Notes under the pieces: model-generated | The model's database searches: none | The model's input: only the letters and a program-made list of their open reading frames with translations | Told to the model about the DNA's origin: nothing | Shown: positions 1 through 12,932 of the stretch, one piece after another | Numbering within the stretch: the first letter of the stretch is position 1 | Layout: each line of letters starts with the position of its first letter | NCBI GenBank assembly: GCA_963708075.1 | Contig: OY970194.1 | Location: 3,008,001-3,072,000 of the forward strand | Reading direction: 5' to 3' | Length of the DNA: 64,000 nucleotides | DNA from: Sedimentisphaerales bacterium | GTDB taxonomy: Bacteria > Planctomycetota > Phycisphaerae > Sedimentisphaerales > Anaerobacaceae | Program-made: the position numbers and the translations under genes

Positions 1-336
1 GCCGAACGCGTCTTCCGGGATGCCGACCTTGGTGTTGAAGTAGATCGGGTAGTCGTCCACCCCTGTTCCCGATTTGTGGTCCACGCCCACCTCCGCGTTG
101 AGGTTCTTGAAAGGCAGCACGCCCACGGTCAATCCGAAGTTGGTGATCGTCGAGGGCCGTACACCCTCAACAGTCTCCGTCGGCACGTAGAAATCGGACG
201 TGAGGTGCCATAGCTTGAACGGCTGGACATCCGTCGAAGGAGACCAGATATGCGTCGTCGGGGTGGCATACGCACCCTCAAAAGCCACAGCCACAACTCC
301 ACAACAAACGCCCCACAGCCACTTACGTGACATCAT
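1..336 (-). CDS. Secreted, probably outer-membrane, hypothetical protein (5' part only; runs off the window start)
   Basis: Not in the ORF track. Manual translation gives MMSRKWLWGVCCGVVAVAFEGAYA-TPTTHIWSPSTDVQPFKLWHLTSDFYVP...YPIYFNTKVGIPEDAFG, with a signal peptide ending AYA, a GGGAGA RBS at 342-347 and no stop down to base 1. Confidence 0.8.
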   Translation of the reverse strand, partial: MMSRKWLWGVCCGVVAVAFEGAYATPTTHIWSPSTDVQPFKLWHLTSDFYVPTETVEGVRPSTITNFGLTVGVLPFKNLNAEVGVDHKSGTGVDDYPIYFNTKVGIPEDAFG

Positions 337-492
337 GCATATCTCCCGTCAGTTCTACTATTGCTCCGGCCACAGTGGCCGCGAATTACGACTCAGGACG
401 TGTCCATCCTCTCACACTCCTGCTTACCAGCCACTCGGACACCTTCGCGCAACGAATCGGCGTGTCGAGCCCAAACGGCAGAATAGGCATAG

Positions 493-507
493 GCAAACCG
501 CGTGCCA
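493..507 (-). promoter_or_regulatory. sigma54 (-24/-12) promoter
   Basis: Minus strand reads TGGCAC-GCGGT-TTGC, an exact match to TGGCAC-N5-TTGC, about 155 bp upstream of the CDS at 336. Confidence 0.85.
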
Positions 508-594
508 AGACGTCACACGAGGCGGAGGCGGCCCCTGTTGCGTGCACGGGGACTTAGAAGCAGGCAAAAAACAGGCATGAGTGAATGTGCCAAG

Positions 595-636
595 TACAGA
601 ATTGTAGGCAGGTGCCGATGCGATTCCACTTTTGTA
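595..636. promoter_or_regulatory. Putative upstream activator sequence (two boxes) for a sigma54 activator
   Basis: TACAGAATTGTA (595-606) and TCCACTTTTGTA (625-636) lie about 90-130 bp upstream of the -24 box and resemble the box pair at 7177-7217. Confidence 0.6.
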
Positions 637-689
637 TCTGTCGAATGCGTGGGCGGCCCATGCACCAAGGCAGCTATTCAAGTGGCTGT

Positions 690-3600
690 TCAATCGTCAG
701 TAACAGGTTCCCAGTGGAGCCGGGGGTAGTCCTGGCCTTCGAGAATCCACCAGATATCCTCCGTGCCGTTGACCGTCTCATCCACGAAGTCCCATCCGGC
801 CTCCAGGAACGTGGCCGCTGTCTGCATCTGCACCGTGGTCTTGCCCGTCCCGCCGGCGCCGGTGAGCCACCCGCCGGTCTGGATATCCCAGAAGGAAGCC
901 CGAACCACCCCTGCTATGCGGTACCCCACGAGTCCACCGGTATCCGCCCAGCCGGAGATGCTTCCGGTCGCATAACACTTTTCGATATTGCCGCTGTTCG
1001 TCCCCACCAATCCGCCGACCTTAGAGGACCCTGCAGCAGCACCGATCGCATAGCTGTTGGTGAGAGCACCGTGATTTTCGCCAATGAGGGAGCCGACGCA
1101 GGTTGACCCCGTCACAGCACCAGTCGCATAGCAGTTCACAACAGAACCGACGGTGCCGCTGTGGCCCGTCAGGCCGCCGGTATACTCGTGGCCGCTGACT
1201 GCCCCCGTGGCGTAGCAGTCGATGATGTCTCCATCACTCCGTCCTACCAGGCCGCCCGTGTCAAAGTACCCTTCGACGACGACGGCTGCATGGCTGCGTC
1301 TGACGGTGCCCTCATCCGTTCCGATCAGGCCGCCCGAGCTATGGCCTGCGGTGACAGCACCAGTTGCCCGACAATCCAGGACACTTGCCCCGGCACCACA
1401 ACCGCCAATCAAGCCACCGACTCCCCAGGCGCCCGTGACAACCCCGCTCGCACGGCAGTTCGTGATCACCCCGTTCTCAACACGGCCAACCAGCGAACCT
1501 ACGATGAAACCTGAGGGCACCTCCAGACTGAGATCAACCAGGCTCAAGTCGCTGATCCGGGCATTCGGGCCATCCACGTAGCCGAAAAGGCCCACAGGAC
1601 TCGGGTAGGCGATGAGAGTCTCTCGATACGAGCTGTAGTGGAAATTCCGAATCGTGTGCCCGGCGCCATCGAAAACCCCAGCAAAGGGCAGGCCGAACGC
1701 TCCGATCACGTTGAACGACGTCCCCCGGTAGGCGGAGAGATCCACATCCGCCATCAGTCGAAAGTGCTTGTCCCATGCAGCCGGGAACAGCCCGATTGTG
1801 TTGAGGTCCTCATCCGTGTAGATCAGGTACGGGTGCTGTTCGCTCCCCGCCCCGACCAGAGGTATGAGGCTGAGGCTCGTGATCGGCGTGCCCGACTTGT
1901 TCTCCCAGGCAAGTCTCGGATAGTCGCGGCCTTCGTCAATGGTCCAGGCGCCGCCCTCGCCCCAGCCGAGAAATGTCCCGGCCGTTTGCATCTGACTCGT
2001 CGTCCTGCCCGTTCCACTGGCACTGCTGAGCTGGCTGCCGGCCTCCATGTCCCAGAACGACCTGAACACCTGGCGAGGATTGAAGTCTTCTCCAACGAGC
2101 CCGCCGACATTGGCATCGCCGATGACATGAGCCGAGGCATAGGAGTTCAGGATCGCCCCCGTGCTCTCCCCCACGAGAACCGCCGACACCCGACTGGCCG
2201 GTGACACTGCCTTCGGCGTAACTGCTGACGATTGCGCCGCCATTGACCCCTGCCAGACCGCCGATGTCCGTGCCGCCGGTCACGCTGCCGGACGCATAGC
2301 AGCCCGTGAGTGTGCCGCCGTTGCTGCCGATGAGGCCGCCCACCGCCCCACCGCCGGCGACAGTGGTAGCGGCATAGCAGTCACGGACAGTACCGCTGAT
2401 CATTCCCACCAACCCGCCGACAACCGAGCCGCCGGAGATATTGCCTCCAGCGACATAGCAGTTGGTGATCATAGCCGACCACGCGTCACCTGCGAGAGCG
2501 CCGATGGAGTAACCTGTTCCAGCGTCGATATTCGGGTCGATCAGGCCCAGATTTCGGATGGAGCCGAAACAGACATATCCAAAGACGCCGGCCCCGTTTG
2601 CGGCGATGCCCCGGTAGGTGAAATTGGCAATCGTGTGATGGTTCCCGTCGAACGTGCCCCAGAAGAAGGGTATGATGTTGAACTGATCGCCCGTGCAGGC
2701 GCCCAGATCGATGTCCGCCATGAGCTTGTAGTACTTGCCCATTTCACATGGATAGAGCGCGATTTGACTCAGTTCCTCAGCGGTATAGATCAGGTATGGA
2801 TCTTCCTCAGTTCCATTGCCCGCCAGGAGATCGTCCAGCCTTGTGGGCTCCATCACTCGCCCCGGCCGGCCCTCCCACCCCAGTCTTGGATAATCCTTCC
2901 CTTCGTCGATTGTCCAACCCGCTTCTTCATAGCAAGCATTCCAAAAGAAGAAGGTGCCGGCCGTCTGCATTTCGGCAGTGGTCTTGCCTGCCCCGCCGGC
3001 AATCGCGGATTGCCCACTGGCCTGCGTATCCCAGAATGAGCCGGTGGCACCGTATGTCCCCGCACCCACAAGACCGCCGACACCCTCAGTGCCGGAGACG
3101 CTGCCTGCCGCATAGCAGTTCTCCATGCCTATGCCTGCCTGCAAATCCTCGTGCTCCCCGATAAGGCCGCCAACGTTCCTCTCCCCAGTCACGGCGACAA
3201 TAGCATAGCACTCGCGCATGGACACATACTCGTCCTTGCCCACCAACCCACCGACGTTCTCCGTGCCCGTCGCCTGGCCCTCGGCACAGCTTGTCTTGAT
3301 CGTGTTGAAATAACCGTAGCCGATGAGAACCAGCGACATTTCTGTCGCCGATGACGTTAGCCATAGCACGGCAGCCTTCCACAGAACCATCTCTATCCGC
3401 CCCGACCAATCCGCCGATATCATCAGTGCCCGCCACTTGCCCGGCGGCTTGGCATCTGCTGATTGTGCCGGCGAAATTGGAGCCCACAAGGCCGCCTACG
3501 GACCGCTTCCCCGAGACCTTGCCGTCGAAGGAGCAGCCGCTTATCGTCGGATATACACGGCCCTCTTCCAGGAATTGGGTGGCCGCGGGCCCATTTCTGC

Positions 3601-5291
3601 CGCCCAGGCCGCCGATGTTCTCCTGTCCACTGACAGAGCCGTTCATCACGCGGCAATTCGTGATGCTTCCGGATGCCAAGCAGCCCACCAGCGAGCCCAC
3701 GTTGCAGCCCCCCGTCGAACCGACATTCGGGTCGATCAGGGTCAGGTCCCGGACCTTGCTACTATCTTCGGCAATCCACCCGAACAGCCCGACTCCGTTT
3801 TGGTCCGGACAGGCATATGAGAAGTTCGCGATTCGGTGCCCGTTGCCGTCGAACACACCCGTGAAGGGCGCTTCTTCGTTGCCGATGAGGTGGAAGTCCG
3901 TCCCTTGGAGCCCTCCGAGATCGACATCCGCCATGAGCTTGAAATGCTTGTCCCAATCCTCCTTGTGCAAACCGATCTCATTCATTTGCCCGGGAGTATG
4001 AATCAAGTAGGGATCGTTAGGCTCCCCGTTGCCGCCGCCGTATTCGGCAGGAGGAGTGACATACGTCTTGCTCGCCTCGGCAGTGCCGCCGTAGGCGCCC
4101 AGATTGATTCGCGCACCGTTGGGCTGCGGCTCATCACCCGCCGGACTCGATGGATCACCCGCATCAATGTACGAACTGGTTACATCATCCTGGACCCAGC
4201 TTCCGCCGGCCGGGTCCCATCGGCCCGCCTGGCTCTTGAAGTGATAGTCGCCCTCCACCCACCGGTCATCATTCCAATCCTCCGGCGTTCCATTCGGGTC
4301 CCAGTACCCCGGATTGGCGAACAGCGGGTCGGTGTCCTTCCAGCGTCCTTCCAAGCCCGGCAGACAGTCCGATGGCCCATAGCCCTGGATCATGCAGAAG
4401 CTGAGGTTAAAGGACATCTGTACCGCCTGGCCGAAGCCTATCCACGGCATCTGGCCGCATCCCCCCGGCTCGTTGCCCCATATGACACAGTTGCGCATCA
4501 CGAAGTGATCATCAGGGAAACCATCCATCGAGATGGCGCTATGCCACGCGGCCGAGCGATTGCCGTGGATCGTGCAATTGACGAGCGCGAAACTGCCCCA
4601 AGCCGCTACCCCGCCGCCAAATGCGCCGGCACGATTTCCCGCGATGACACAGTTCATCACCATCGCATTCCCATTGCTAAGCAGGATCCCCCCACCGTCG
4701 TCTCCCCGGGAGCTCCGCGCCCACGTGGGAGAATGGCTGCTGGCTATGTTATTGCAGATGACACAAGCAGTGATGTTCGCATTGGACCCAAAGCACGCGA
4801 TCCCACCGCCCCCGCTGGCGACGTTTCCAGACAGGATGCAGCCGACGATCTGCGGGCTTGCGCCATCGCAGTGGATTCCACCACCGCTATCCTGAGGGTG
4901 AACACTCCCGGTGATGAAGCCCCCTGTGATCGTGAAGCCCTGCACGATGGAATTGGCGTCTTCGGCGTCGTGGAAATAGAAACCTCGATGCGGCTGGTCC
5001 GCTGATCCCTGGCAGTTGATGATGCAGGCTTTGGGGCCGCTCTCGCTTCTAACGGTGATGGCCTTGCCCTTGAAGTCAATATCGCGATTGCCGTCGCCGG
5101 TATAGGTGCCAGCGGCAACAAGGACCATGTCCCCATCTGCGGCAGCGTCGATGGCAGCCTGGATCGTCGCGTAATCCGCGGGGCCGTCGTCGTCCACGCG
5201 GATGACCTTGCTCGACGCATGCGCAGAGCGATGCCGTCATGAGGATCCCAAGGAACATCCGCAAGATGCGTGGATTTCTCACCTCCACCAT
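690..5291 (-). CDS. Large secreted GLUG-motif / right-handed beta-helix repeat protein (about 1530 aa; 3 apparent frameshifts)
   Basis: ORFs 3086-5197, 1936-3489 and 690-2243 plus an N-terminal signal peptide from ATG 5291 join into one protein. It has an N-terminal DDDGPADYATIQAAID beta-helix, three GxGxxxxPYLIxT...FKLMADxDL modules with many GGLVG repeats, and a C-terminal AGWDF...DYPRLHWE. Breaks at about 5220, 3325 and 2175. Confidence 0.85.
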
Positions 5292-5400
5292 GTTTTCTCC
5301 TCTCCTGAATCCGGGCCACACTTTGGCCGCCCGATGCCTCCGTCGAACGGGTAACACCGCAAAGAGTACAGATATCGCCTGTCCTTGACTTCCAGCAGTC

Positions 5401-5430
5401 AGTATATCACATGCACGCCAGCCGGGTCAA
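5401..5430 (-). promoter_or_regulatory. sigma70-type promoter for the GLUG gene
   Basis: Minus strand TTGACC-N18-TATACT with a TGn extended -10. Confidence 0.55.
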
Positions 5431-5440
5431 TCTCGCATAA

Positions 5441-5604
5441 GAGGCTCTAACAGAATGAGCCTTGCTTATGTCACCCCCGCGCAGGCGGGGGTCCAGAGCT
5501 TGCCCTCGCGAAGGCGGGGGATCGTTCGATAGGCGGCTGGATTCCCGCCTTCGCGGGAATGACATGTGGGCGACCTTGCCATATCTTCATTCTGTTAGAG
5601 ACCC
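5441..5604. repeat. MITE-like element with terminal inverted repeats enclosing a REP-like palindrome doublet
   Basis: CTCTAACAGAATGA (5445-5458) and TCATTCTGTTAGAG (5587-5600) form a perfect 14-bp IR. Inside is ATGTCACCCCCGCGCAGGCGGGGGTCCA...CTGGATTCCCGCCTTCGCGGGAATGACAT (5468-5565). Confidence 0.75.
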
Positions 5605-5623
5605 AAAGAGAATCCACACAGGC

Positions 5624-7147
<1,524 letters not shown>

Positions 7148-7176
7148 GTCCTGCCTTCTCCTTCGCTTGTGCTGTC

Positions 7177-7217
7177 AACAAAATTGTAACCTCAGCTTCA
7201 GAGCTTACAATTTTGTC
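7177..7217. promoter_or_regulatory. Inverted-repeat operator upstream of the activator gene (likely autoregulatory)
   Basis: ACAAAATTGTAA (7178-7189) and TTACAATTTTGT (7205-7216) form a perfect 12-bp inverted repeat 30-70 bp upstream of the ATG. Confidence 0.7.
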
Positions 7218-7515
7218 TGCGTAAAGCCAAGGAGAATTTTCGATCGGCCCCGCTATGTTTCAGGCAATTCTTTCTCAATCACAGCGATAGTCATTTCGAC
7301 GCCGTCGTTGTTTCGCAGAACGTGGGAAATGTCTTCTGCATTCTTCCTGTACCGTTCGTTCGACAGGCATTCCGAAATGGCTTGGGCCCACCCGTGAAGA
7401 ATTCAAGAATTTGCGAGACTTTTTTGCGGGCAGCAGGTAGGATGGGGCTGACTTGCCGAGGCAATTACGACGGGATCAGGGCGTCTGTGCAAGATACGTA
7501 ACGGAGTACGGCAAG

Positions 7516-10409
7516 ATGGCGAAGAAGCCGAACCGGCCCCAACAAGAGGGGACGCATCCATCACGCCGGACGTGCGAGCCACTGCGTCCGCGACAGCAGG
7601 CCGCCAGTGTTGTTGCGCGCCAGCCAGACCCGGCGCCGCAATCGAGGCCCAGCAACTCGATCTGCTCCTTCAACTCTCCTGCGACGGCGTCGTGCTGCAC
7701 GAACTGATTTCAGAAACGGCCCCAGGCAATTTCCTGCAGGCCAATCAAGCCATCTGCCGGCTGTTGGGCTACAGCCTGGAGGAGATGCACCGGCTTACCC
7801 CGCTGGATATCCTGGCGCCGGAAGACCTCGCCAAGGTGCCCGGTGACACGGCGGTCATGGAGCGCGACGGGATCCTCATCCACCAGAAGACACTGCTCGC
7901 CAAGGACGGCTGTCGCATCCCCGTCGAGATCAGCTCGCGGCTGTTTGAGCACGACGGCAGACGAATGGCTGTCTCCAATATCCGCGACATTACCGAGCGA
8001 AAGCGAGTGGAAGAGGCACTGCGACAATCAGAGGAAAAAGCCAAAGACCTCATTCGACATGCCCCGGCGGGCATTTACGAGATCACTTTTCGGGGTCCGA
8101 GATTCAAAAACGTCAACGACGTCCTGTGCCAGTATCTCGGATACACCCGGGAAGAACTCCTGCCAATGAACCCCTTCGACATCCTGGACGAGAGAGGCAA
8201 GACGGTCTTCCAGGAAAGGATTCAAAAGCGGCTGGCCGGAGAGAAAGTCGATGAGTCGGCAGAATACAAGGTCAGGGCAAAGGACGGACGCCAGTACGAC
8301 GTCATTCTGAAGTCAACGCTGACCTACAAGGATGGAGAACCCGAGGGCGCGCTGATCATCGCTCACGACGTCACGGCGCACAAGCAGGCGGAGGAAGCCC
8401 TGCGCGAGAGCGAGCAGCGGCTGAGGCTGGCGATGGAGGGCGCGCAGATGGGCCGGTGGGAGTGGGACCTGCGGACCCATGAACACTACTGGTCCGAGCG
8501 GGTGTACGAGTTGCTGGGGTTGGAGCCGTATCGAAAAGCCTCGACAAGAACCTTGCTCGATCGCGTCCATCCGGCGGACAAAAAGGCCATTACGAAGCTC
8601 GCCGATCAGGTGATCGCCGGTGAGACAGACTTCCGCACGGAGTTTCGGATCCTCTGTGACATGAGGGAGCCCCGGGGAGAGGTTCGCTGGCTATCCTCTC
8701 AGGGCACGCTGGTTCGGAACAAGGACGGCCGACCCGAGCGCGTGCTGGGGATGCTTTATGACATCACACAACGAAAGCAGATGGAGGCGGAGCTGCGACA
8801 ATTGAATGAGCGGCTGGAGAAGGAGGTGAAGGCGCAGACGGAGCAGTTGCGGGAGTCGGTCGGCCGGCTGCAGGATGAGGTGGCCCGGCGGGTGATGGCG
8901 GAGGCCGGGCTGCGAAAGCAGTCGCGAATGCTCGAAGGCTTCTTCCGGCACACGGTCGCCCCCCTGGCCTTTCTGGATCGCCGGCTGCGCTACGTGCGAG
9001 TCAACGAGGCTTACGCCAGAGCCAACGGCAAATCCCCCGAGTACTTCGCGGGCAAGGACTACTTCTCGCTCCACTCGGACCCTCAGATGCGGGCGGTCTT
9101 CGAGCAGGTGATGCATGCCCGGCAGCCCTATCTCGCCCACGCCCTGCCGCACGTCCATCGCGACGACCCAGAGCAGCGTCTGACCTTCTGGGATTGGCAG
9201 CTCACCCCCCTGCTCAGCGATACCGGCGACGTGCAATTCCTCGTGCTGAACCTCGAAGACGTCACGAAGGAGCAGACGGCCCTGCGGGAACTGGAGCACC
9301 GCGCCGGCCAGCTTCAGAAGCTCACGCTCCAGTTGTCACAGGCGGAAGACCACGAGCGCAAGCGTCTGGCGGACCTGCTCCACGACGACCTGCAACAGAT
9401 ACTGGCGGCGGCCAAGTTCCACATCGGCCTGCTGGACAGCCAGGCCACAGACGCCGGGGCGGTGCACGAGATCGCCGGAGAGATCAAGCAGATGCTCAAG
9501 GAGGCAATCGACAAATCCCGCAGCCTCTCGCATGAGCTGAGCCCGGTGTTCTACCAGGTCGATCTGGCGGATGTCTTCGAATGGCTGGCCGACCAGATGC
9601 AGAGCAGGCACGGCCTGACGGTTCACGTCGAGGTCCGCGGCCGGGCGGATTCCCCGTCGGAGGCGATGAAGGCGTTCCTCTACAAGGCCGCCCACGAGAT
9701 GCTGTTCAACATCATCAAACACGCGGGGGTGAACAGGGCCACGTTGCGGCTTCGACGCATGCGCAAACACTTGTGGCTCACCATCTCCGACCAGGGACAA
9801 GGCTTCGACCCGAAAACGCTGGCAAAGACATCCGGGTTCGGCCTGCTGACCATCCGCGAGCGCGTCGAGCTGCTCGGCGGCCGCATGAGGATCAAGAGCA
9901 CCAAGGGCAAGGGCAGCATCTTTCTTATCGCCGTTCCCGATCTCGCCAAAGCTGCGCTGGACGCGGTGATCGCGCCGGGCGCAAGACGCCCGCCGGGCGG
10001 CGGCCTGCGCGTGCTGCTCGTGGACGACCAGAAGATCGTGCGCGAGGGTCTGGCCGCCCTGTTGACCGCACAGGCCGACATCGATCTCATCGGCCAGGCG
10101 GCCAACGGCCTCGAGGCCATCGAGCTGGCGCGCCGGCTTACGCCCGATGTCGTCGTGATGGATGTTGCGATGCCCGTGATGGCCGGCGACGCGGCCACAC
10201 GCCAAATCAAACAGGAACTTCCAAAGACGCGGATCATTGCCCTGTCCATGCTCCAGGACCCGCAGATCGCCAAGGAGATGTGTGACGCCGGGGCTGAGGC
10301 CTACCTGACCAAGACCGCATCCACCACCGAGTTGCTCGCCGCCATCCGAGGCGGAGAACTGCCGGAATACGACGTATTAGGACAGATAAGACCCATAGGA
10401 CCTATGTGA
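7516..10409 (+). CDS. Multi-PAS hybrid histidine kinase (HisKA_3/NarX type) with C-terminal receiver
   Basis: Four PAS/PAC units; ERKRLADLLHDDLQQ H-box; E.LFNIIKHA N-box; DQGQGF and GFGL G-boxes; receiver VLLVDD...DVVVMDVAMP. The likely true start is ATG 7516 (MAKKP, GGAG RBS) with a frameshift at about 7633; the ORF track starts at 7572. Confidence 0.92.
10376..10406 (+). repeat. Nonamer tandem repeat (ATAGGACCT-like) forming the kinase C-terminus
   Basis: ATTAGGACAG-ATAAGACCC-ATAGGACCT-ATG; the same unit occurs at 31261-31290. Confidence 0.55.
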
Positions 10410-10424
10410 GTGGTGGGCCGGATT

Positions 10425-11582
10425 TCACGCGATCCGCTGGCAGAGCCAGGCGGCGAGGAAACCACCGTAGGTGCCCAGGGCGTAGCCCATCAGGGCCATG
10501 AGGATGCCCACCGGGACCAGCCGCGGATTGTGATGGGCGGCGACAAGCGATGCGCCGGCGACCCCGCCGATATTGGCGACGCTGGCAATCGCCGTGGAGT
10601 GAATATCCACGCGAAACAGTCTCGCGCCCAGCACACACGCGGCCCCGTGCAGGGCCACCCAGAGGTAGGCAGCCAATAGGAACCATATCACCTGTTCCCG
10701 CAGGCCGGAGAGATTGGCCCGGGCCCCCATGTTCGCCACGAAGAGATAGATCAGCGCCATGGCCAGTTCCTGGCTGCCGGGGATTCGCTTTGCCGGCGTC
10801 GCCGAGAGCAGCAGACCGAACGTCGTCACAAGCAGAATCTTCCACGTGCCGGTGGTGAGGACCGGCGCAGCTTGCGGCAGAAGATGCGCGACATGCCCGG
10901 CGGCCAGTGTCGCACCGAAACCCAGGAACAGCAGGTACAGAAGATGCGCGACCGCCATGCGTTCCTCGGCGGCTTTCGCCCCTGCATCGGCTCGTTCGAG
11001 CATTTCGATCCGCTTCGGGTCCACGCGAGTGAACCGGTTGAACCACGGGGCCAGCCCTTTCGAGGCCAGAAGAATCGGCAGCCACACGATGTAGACCATG
11101 TTGTCCCCAAGCACAGCCAGGCCGAACTCCGTGCCCGAAGCCCCGATGCCCTGACTGACCGCGGCCATGTTCGCCGTGCCGCCGATCCAACTGCCGGCCA
11201 GCGAGCCGAACGCCTTCCAGGCCGTTGGGTCCAGCTTGTCCTTCACGACGCTGTAGGCCAGCGGCGCCCCGAGGATCACGCCCGCACTGCCGCAGAGCAT
11301 CACGAGGACCCCTTTGCCCATGACCCGCACCGCCGAGACCACATCCACCTTGAGCAGAATGATCGTCAGCAAGAACGGCAGCATGGTCTCGCTCATCCAG
11401 TCGTACACCGGGCCCTCGTGCGCGAGCACGCCGGAGTTGGACAGGATCATCGGCACGAAGTAGATGAACAGCAGCGGCGGAAAGTACGCGAACACCCGCC
11501 ATTTCGTCCACCGCTCGACAAAGAGGGCCCCCGCCGCCACGCCCGTCAGCACAGCCAGCACCGCCGGAGGATTGTCAATCAT
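10425..11582 (-). CDS. DUF819-family integral membrane protein
   Basis: Multiple TM helices with GSWIGGTANMAAV and IASVANIGG motifs typical of DUF819. Confidence 0.85.
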   Translation of the reverse strand: MIDNPPAVLAVLTGVAAGALFVERWTKWRVFAYFPPLLFIYFVPMILSNSGVLAHEGPVYDWMSETMLPFLLTIILLKVDVVSAVRVMGKGVLVMLCGSAGVILGAPLAYSVVKDKLDPTAWKAFGSLAGSWIGGTANMAAVSQGIGASGTEFGLAVLGDNMVYIVWLPILLASKGLAPWFNRFTRVDPKRIEMLERADAGAKAAEERMAVAHLLYLLFLGFGATLAAGHVAHLLPQAAPVLTTGTWKILLVTTFGLLLSATPAKRIPGSQELAMALIYLFVANMGARANLSGLREQVIWFLLAAYLWVALHGAACVLGARLFRVDIHSTAIASVANIGGVAGASLVAAHHNPRLVPVGILMALMGYALGTYGGFLAAWLCQRIA

Positions 11583-11699
11583 GCCCAGTGCCCAATACCG
11601 ATTCCGTTCAGTTTCAACGCCCCATCAAAGAACCATTGCCGACAGTCTGCCCTGGACGCGAGGTAAAATCAACTACTTGACGTGGGAATAACGGGTTGG

Positions 11700-12746
11700 C
11701 TATTTCTTCGCAGCGTCCAGGTATCGGCCGTAGCACCTGATTGACAGTTTCTCGCCGCCCTTCACCTGCACGGTGAGGATGTCTGCAAATGCGTTGGTCG
11801 CAGCGTCGCGCACCGGCGGCGTGACCTCCACTCTGAGCCGGTAGCCGTTAGGAATCGCCCGCTTGCCGAGGGCCTTTGCAAGCCCTTTTTCCGACGAGGC
11901 GGTCTCGATCTCGAACTGCTCGTCGTAGTTGTTGGTGATCGTGATGTACTCCACTTCGGGCTGCAGGGGTGTGGGATTCACGAGCACAATGGAGCCGGGC
12001 ATTATCCTGAACTGTGGCATCATCCTGAAAGGAATGGTGACCTTGTCCTGCTCCGGATGAGTCAGAGAGATCGTAATGGCCCCCGCTGACTGTTTCTTGA
12101 GCTTCTCCAAATCGACCTTGGGGTCGAGCACAAACTTAGTGGCCTTCGCTGATGGGTTCACATCGGCTGTGATGATTTGGCCGGTCGATTGGAACGACTT
12201 TATGGAGAACGGCTTCTTATCGAAACTGGTGATCGTGATCTTCGGGCAGCCGGCGTTCTCTTTGTTGGGCACAAGCTCGAATCTCTGCGGTTGATAGTCA
12301 ACCTTGAGCACGACTTGAGCCCTGATGTTCAGCACCACGAGCGGTTTCGTTTGATCGTTGCTAAGAACGCGGAGTTGCCGGCTCATCAAGCCCGCACTGG
12401 CGCCCGTGTTATACTGAACCTTCAGCGTGCCGCTCTCGCCTGGCGCCAACTCCTTCTTATCCAACGTCACCACGGCGCCGCAACATTTCCTGACGTCGCT
12501 GATGTTGAGAACGTCGCTTCCGGTATTCTTGAATGCGAACTGCGCGGTGCAGTCGCTCTGCGAGGAGACCTCGCCGAAATCGTGAGCGGTCTTGTCAAAG
12601 GTGATTCTGGGCCCTCCTGTGGCGGTCTGAGCTTCCTGTGGCTCGGCCACCCCATCGGGTGTCCCGGCCTGCTGCGCATAGCCGGTTTGCGAGAGGACAA
12701 ACACCGTGAGAACGATAAGGGCCCGCCGCACGCAATCGCATTTCAT
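11700..12746 (-). CDS. Secreted DUF1573 (Ig-like) domain protein
   Basis: Signal peptide followed by HDFGEV...FxFKNTGSDVLNISDVRKCCG...LAPGESGTL. Start chosen at the ATG with a GAGG RBS. Confidence 0.8.
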   Translation of the reverse strand: MKCDCVRRALIVLTVFVLSQTGYAQQAGTPDGVAEPQEAQTATGGPRITFDKTAHDFGEVSSQSDCTAQFAFKNTGSDVLNISDVRKCCGAVVTLDKKELAPGESGTLKVQYNTGASAGLMSRQLRVLSNDQTKPLVVLNIRAQVVLKVDYQPQRFELVPNKENAGCPKITITSFDKKPFSIKSFQSTGQIITADVNPSAKATKFVLDPKVDLEKLKKQSAGAITISLTHPEQDKVTIPFRMMPQFRIMPGSIVLVNPTPLQPEVEYITITNNYDEQFEIETASSEKGLAKALGKRAIPNGYRLRVEVTPPVRDAATNAFADILTVQVKGGEKLSIRCYGRYLDAAKK

Positions 12747-12854
12747 AGACATACCTCTAACAACCTGATAATAGCCAACCGACATGATCATACCATCGTT
12801 GGCCTCACCCACAAGGGCAATATCTTCCCGACCGTCTTTCTACACAAACAGGAA

Positions 12855-12880
12855 AGGGCTGGCGCCGAAACGCCAGCCCT
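12855..12880 (-). terminator. Intrinsic terminator
   Basis: AGGGCTGGCG/CGCCAGCCCT 10-bp stem followed on the minus strand by TTCCTGTTT, downstream of CDS 12933-13718. Confidence 0.65.
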
Positions 12881-12932
12881 CAAAGAACAACTTACACGCG
12901 TGACTCCACGCCTGGAACACAGCCGACAGCGA

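Noticed and set aside
578..593. Second sigma54 box (minus-strand TGGCAC at 587-592)
   Set aside because: No TTGC at the required spacing.
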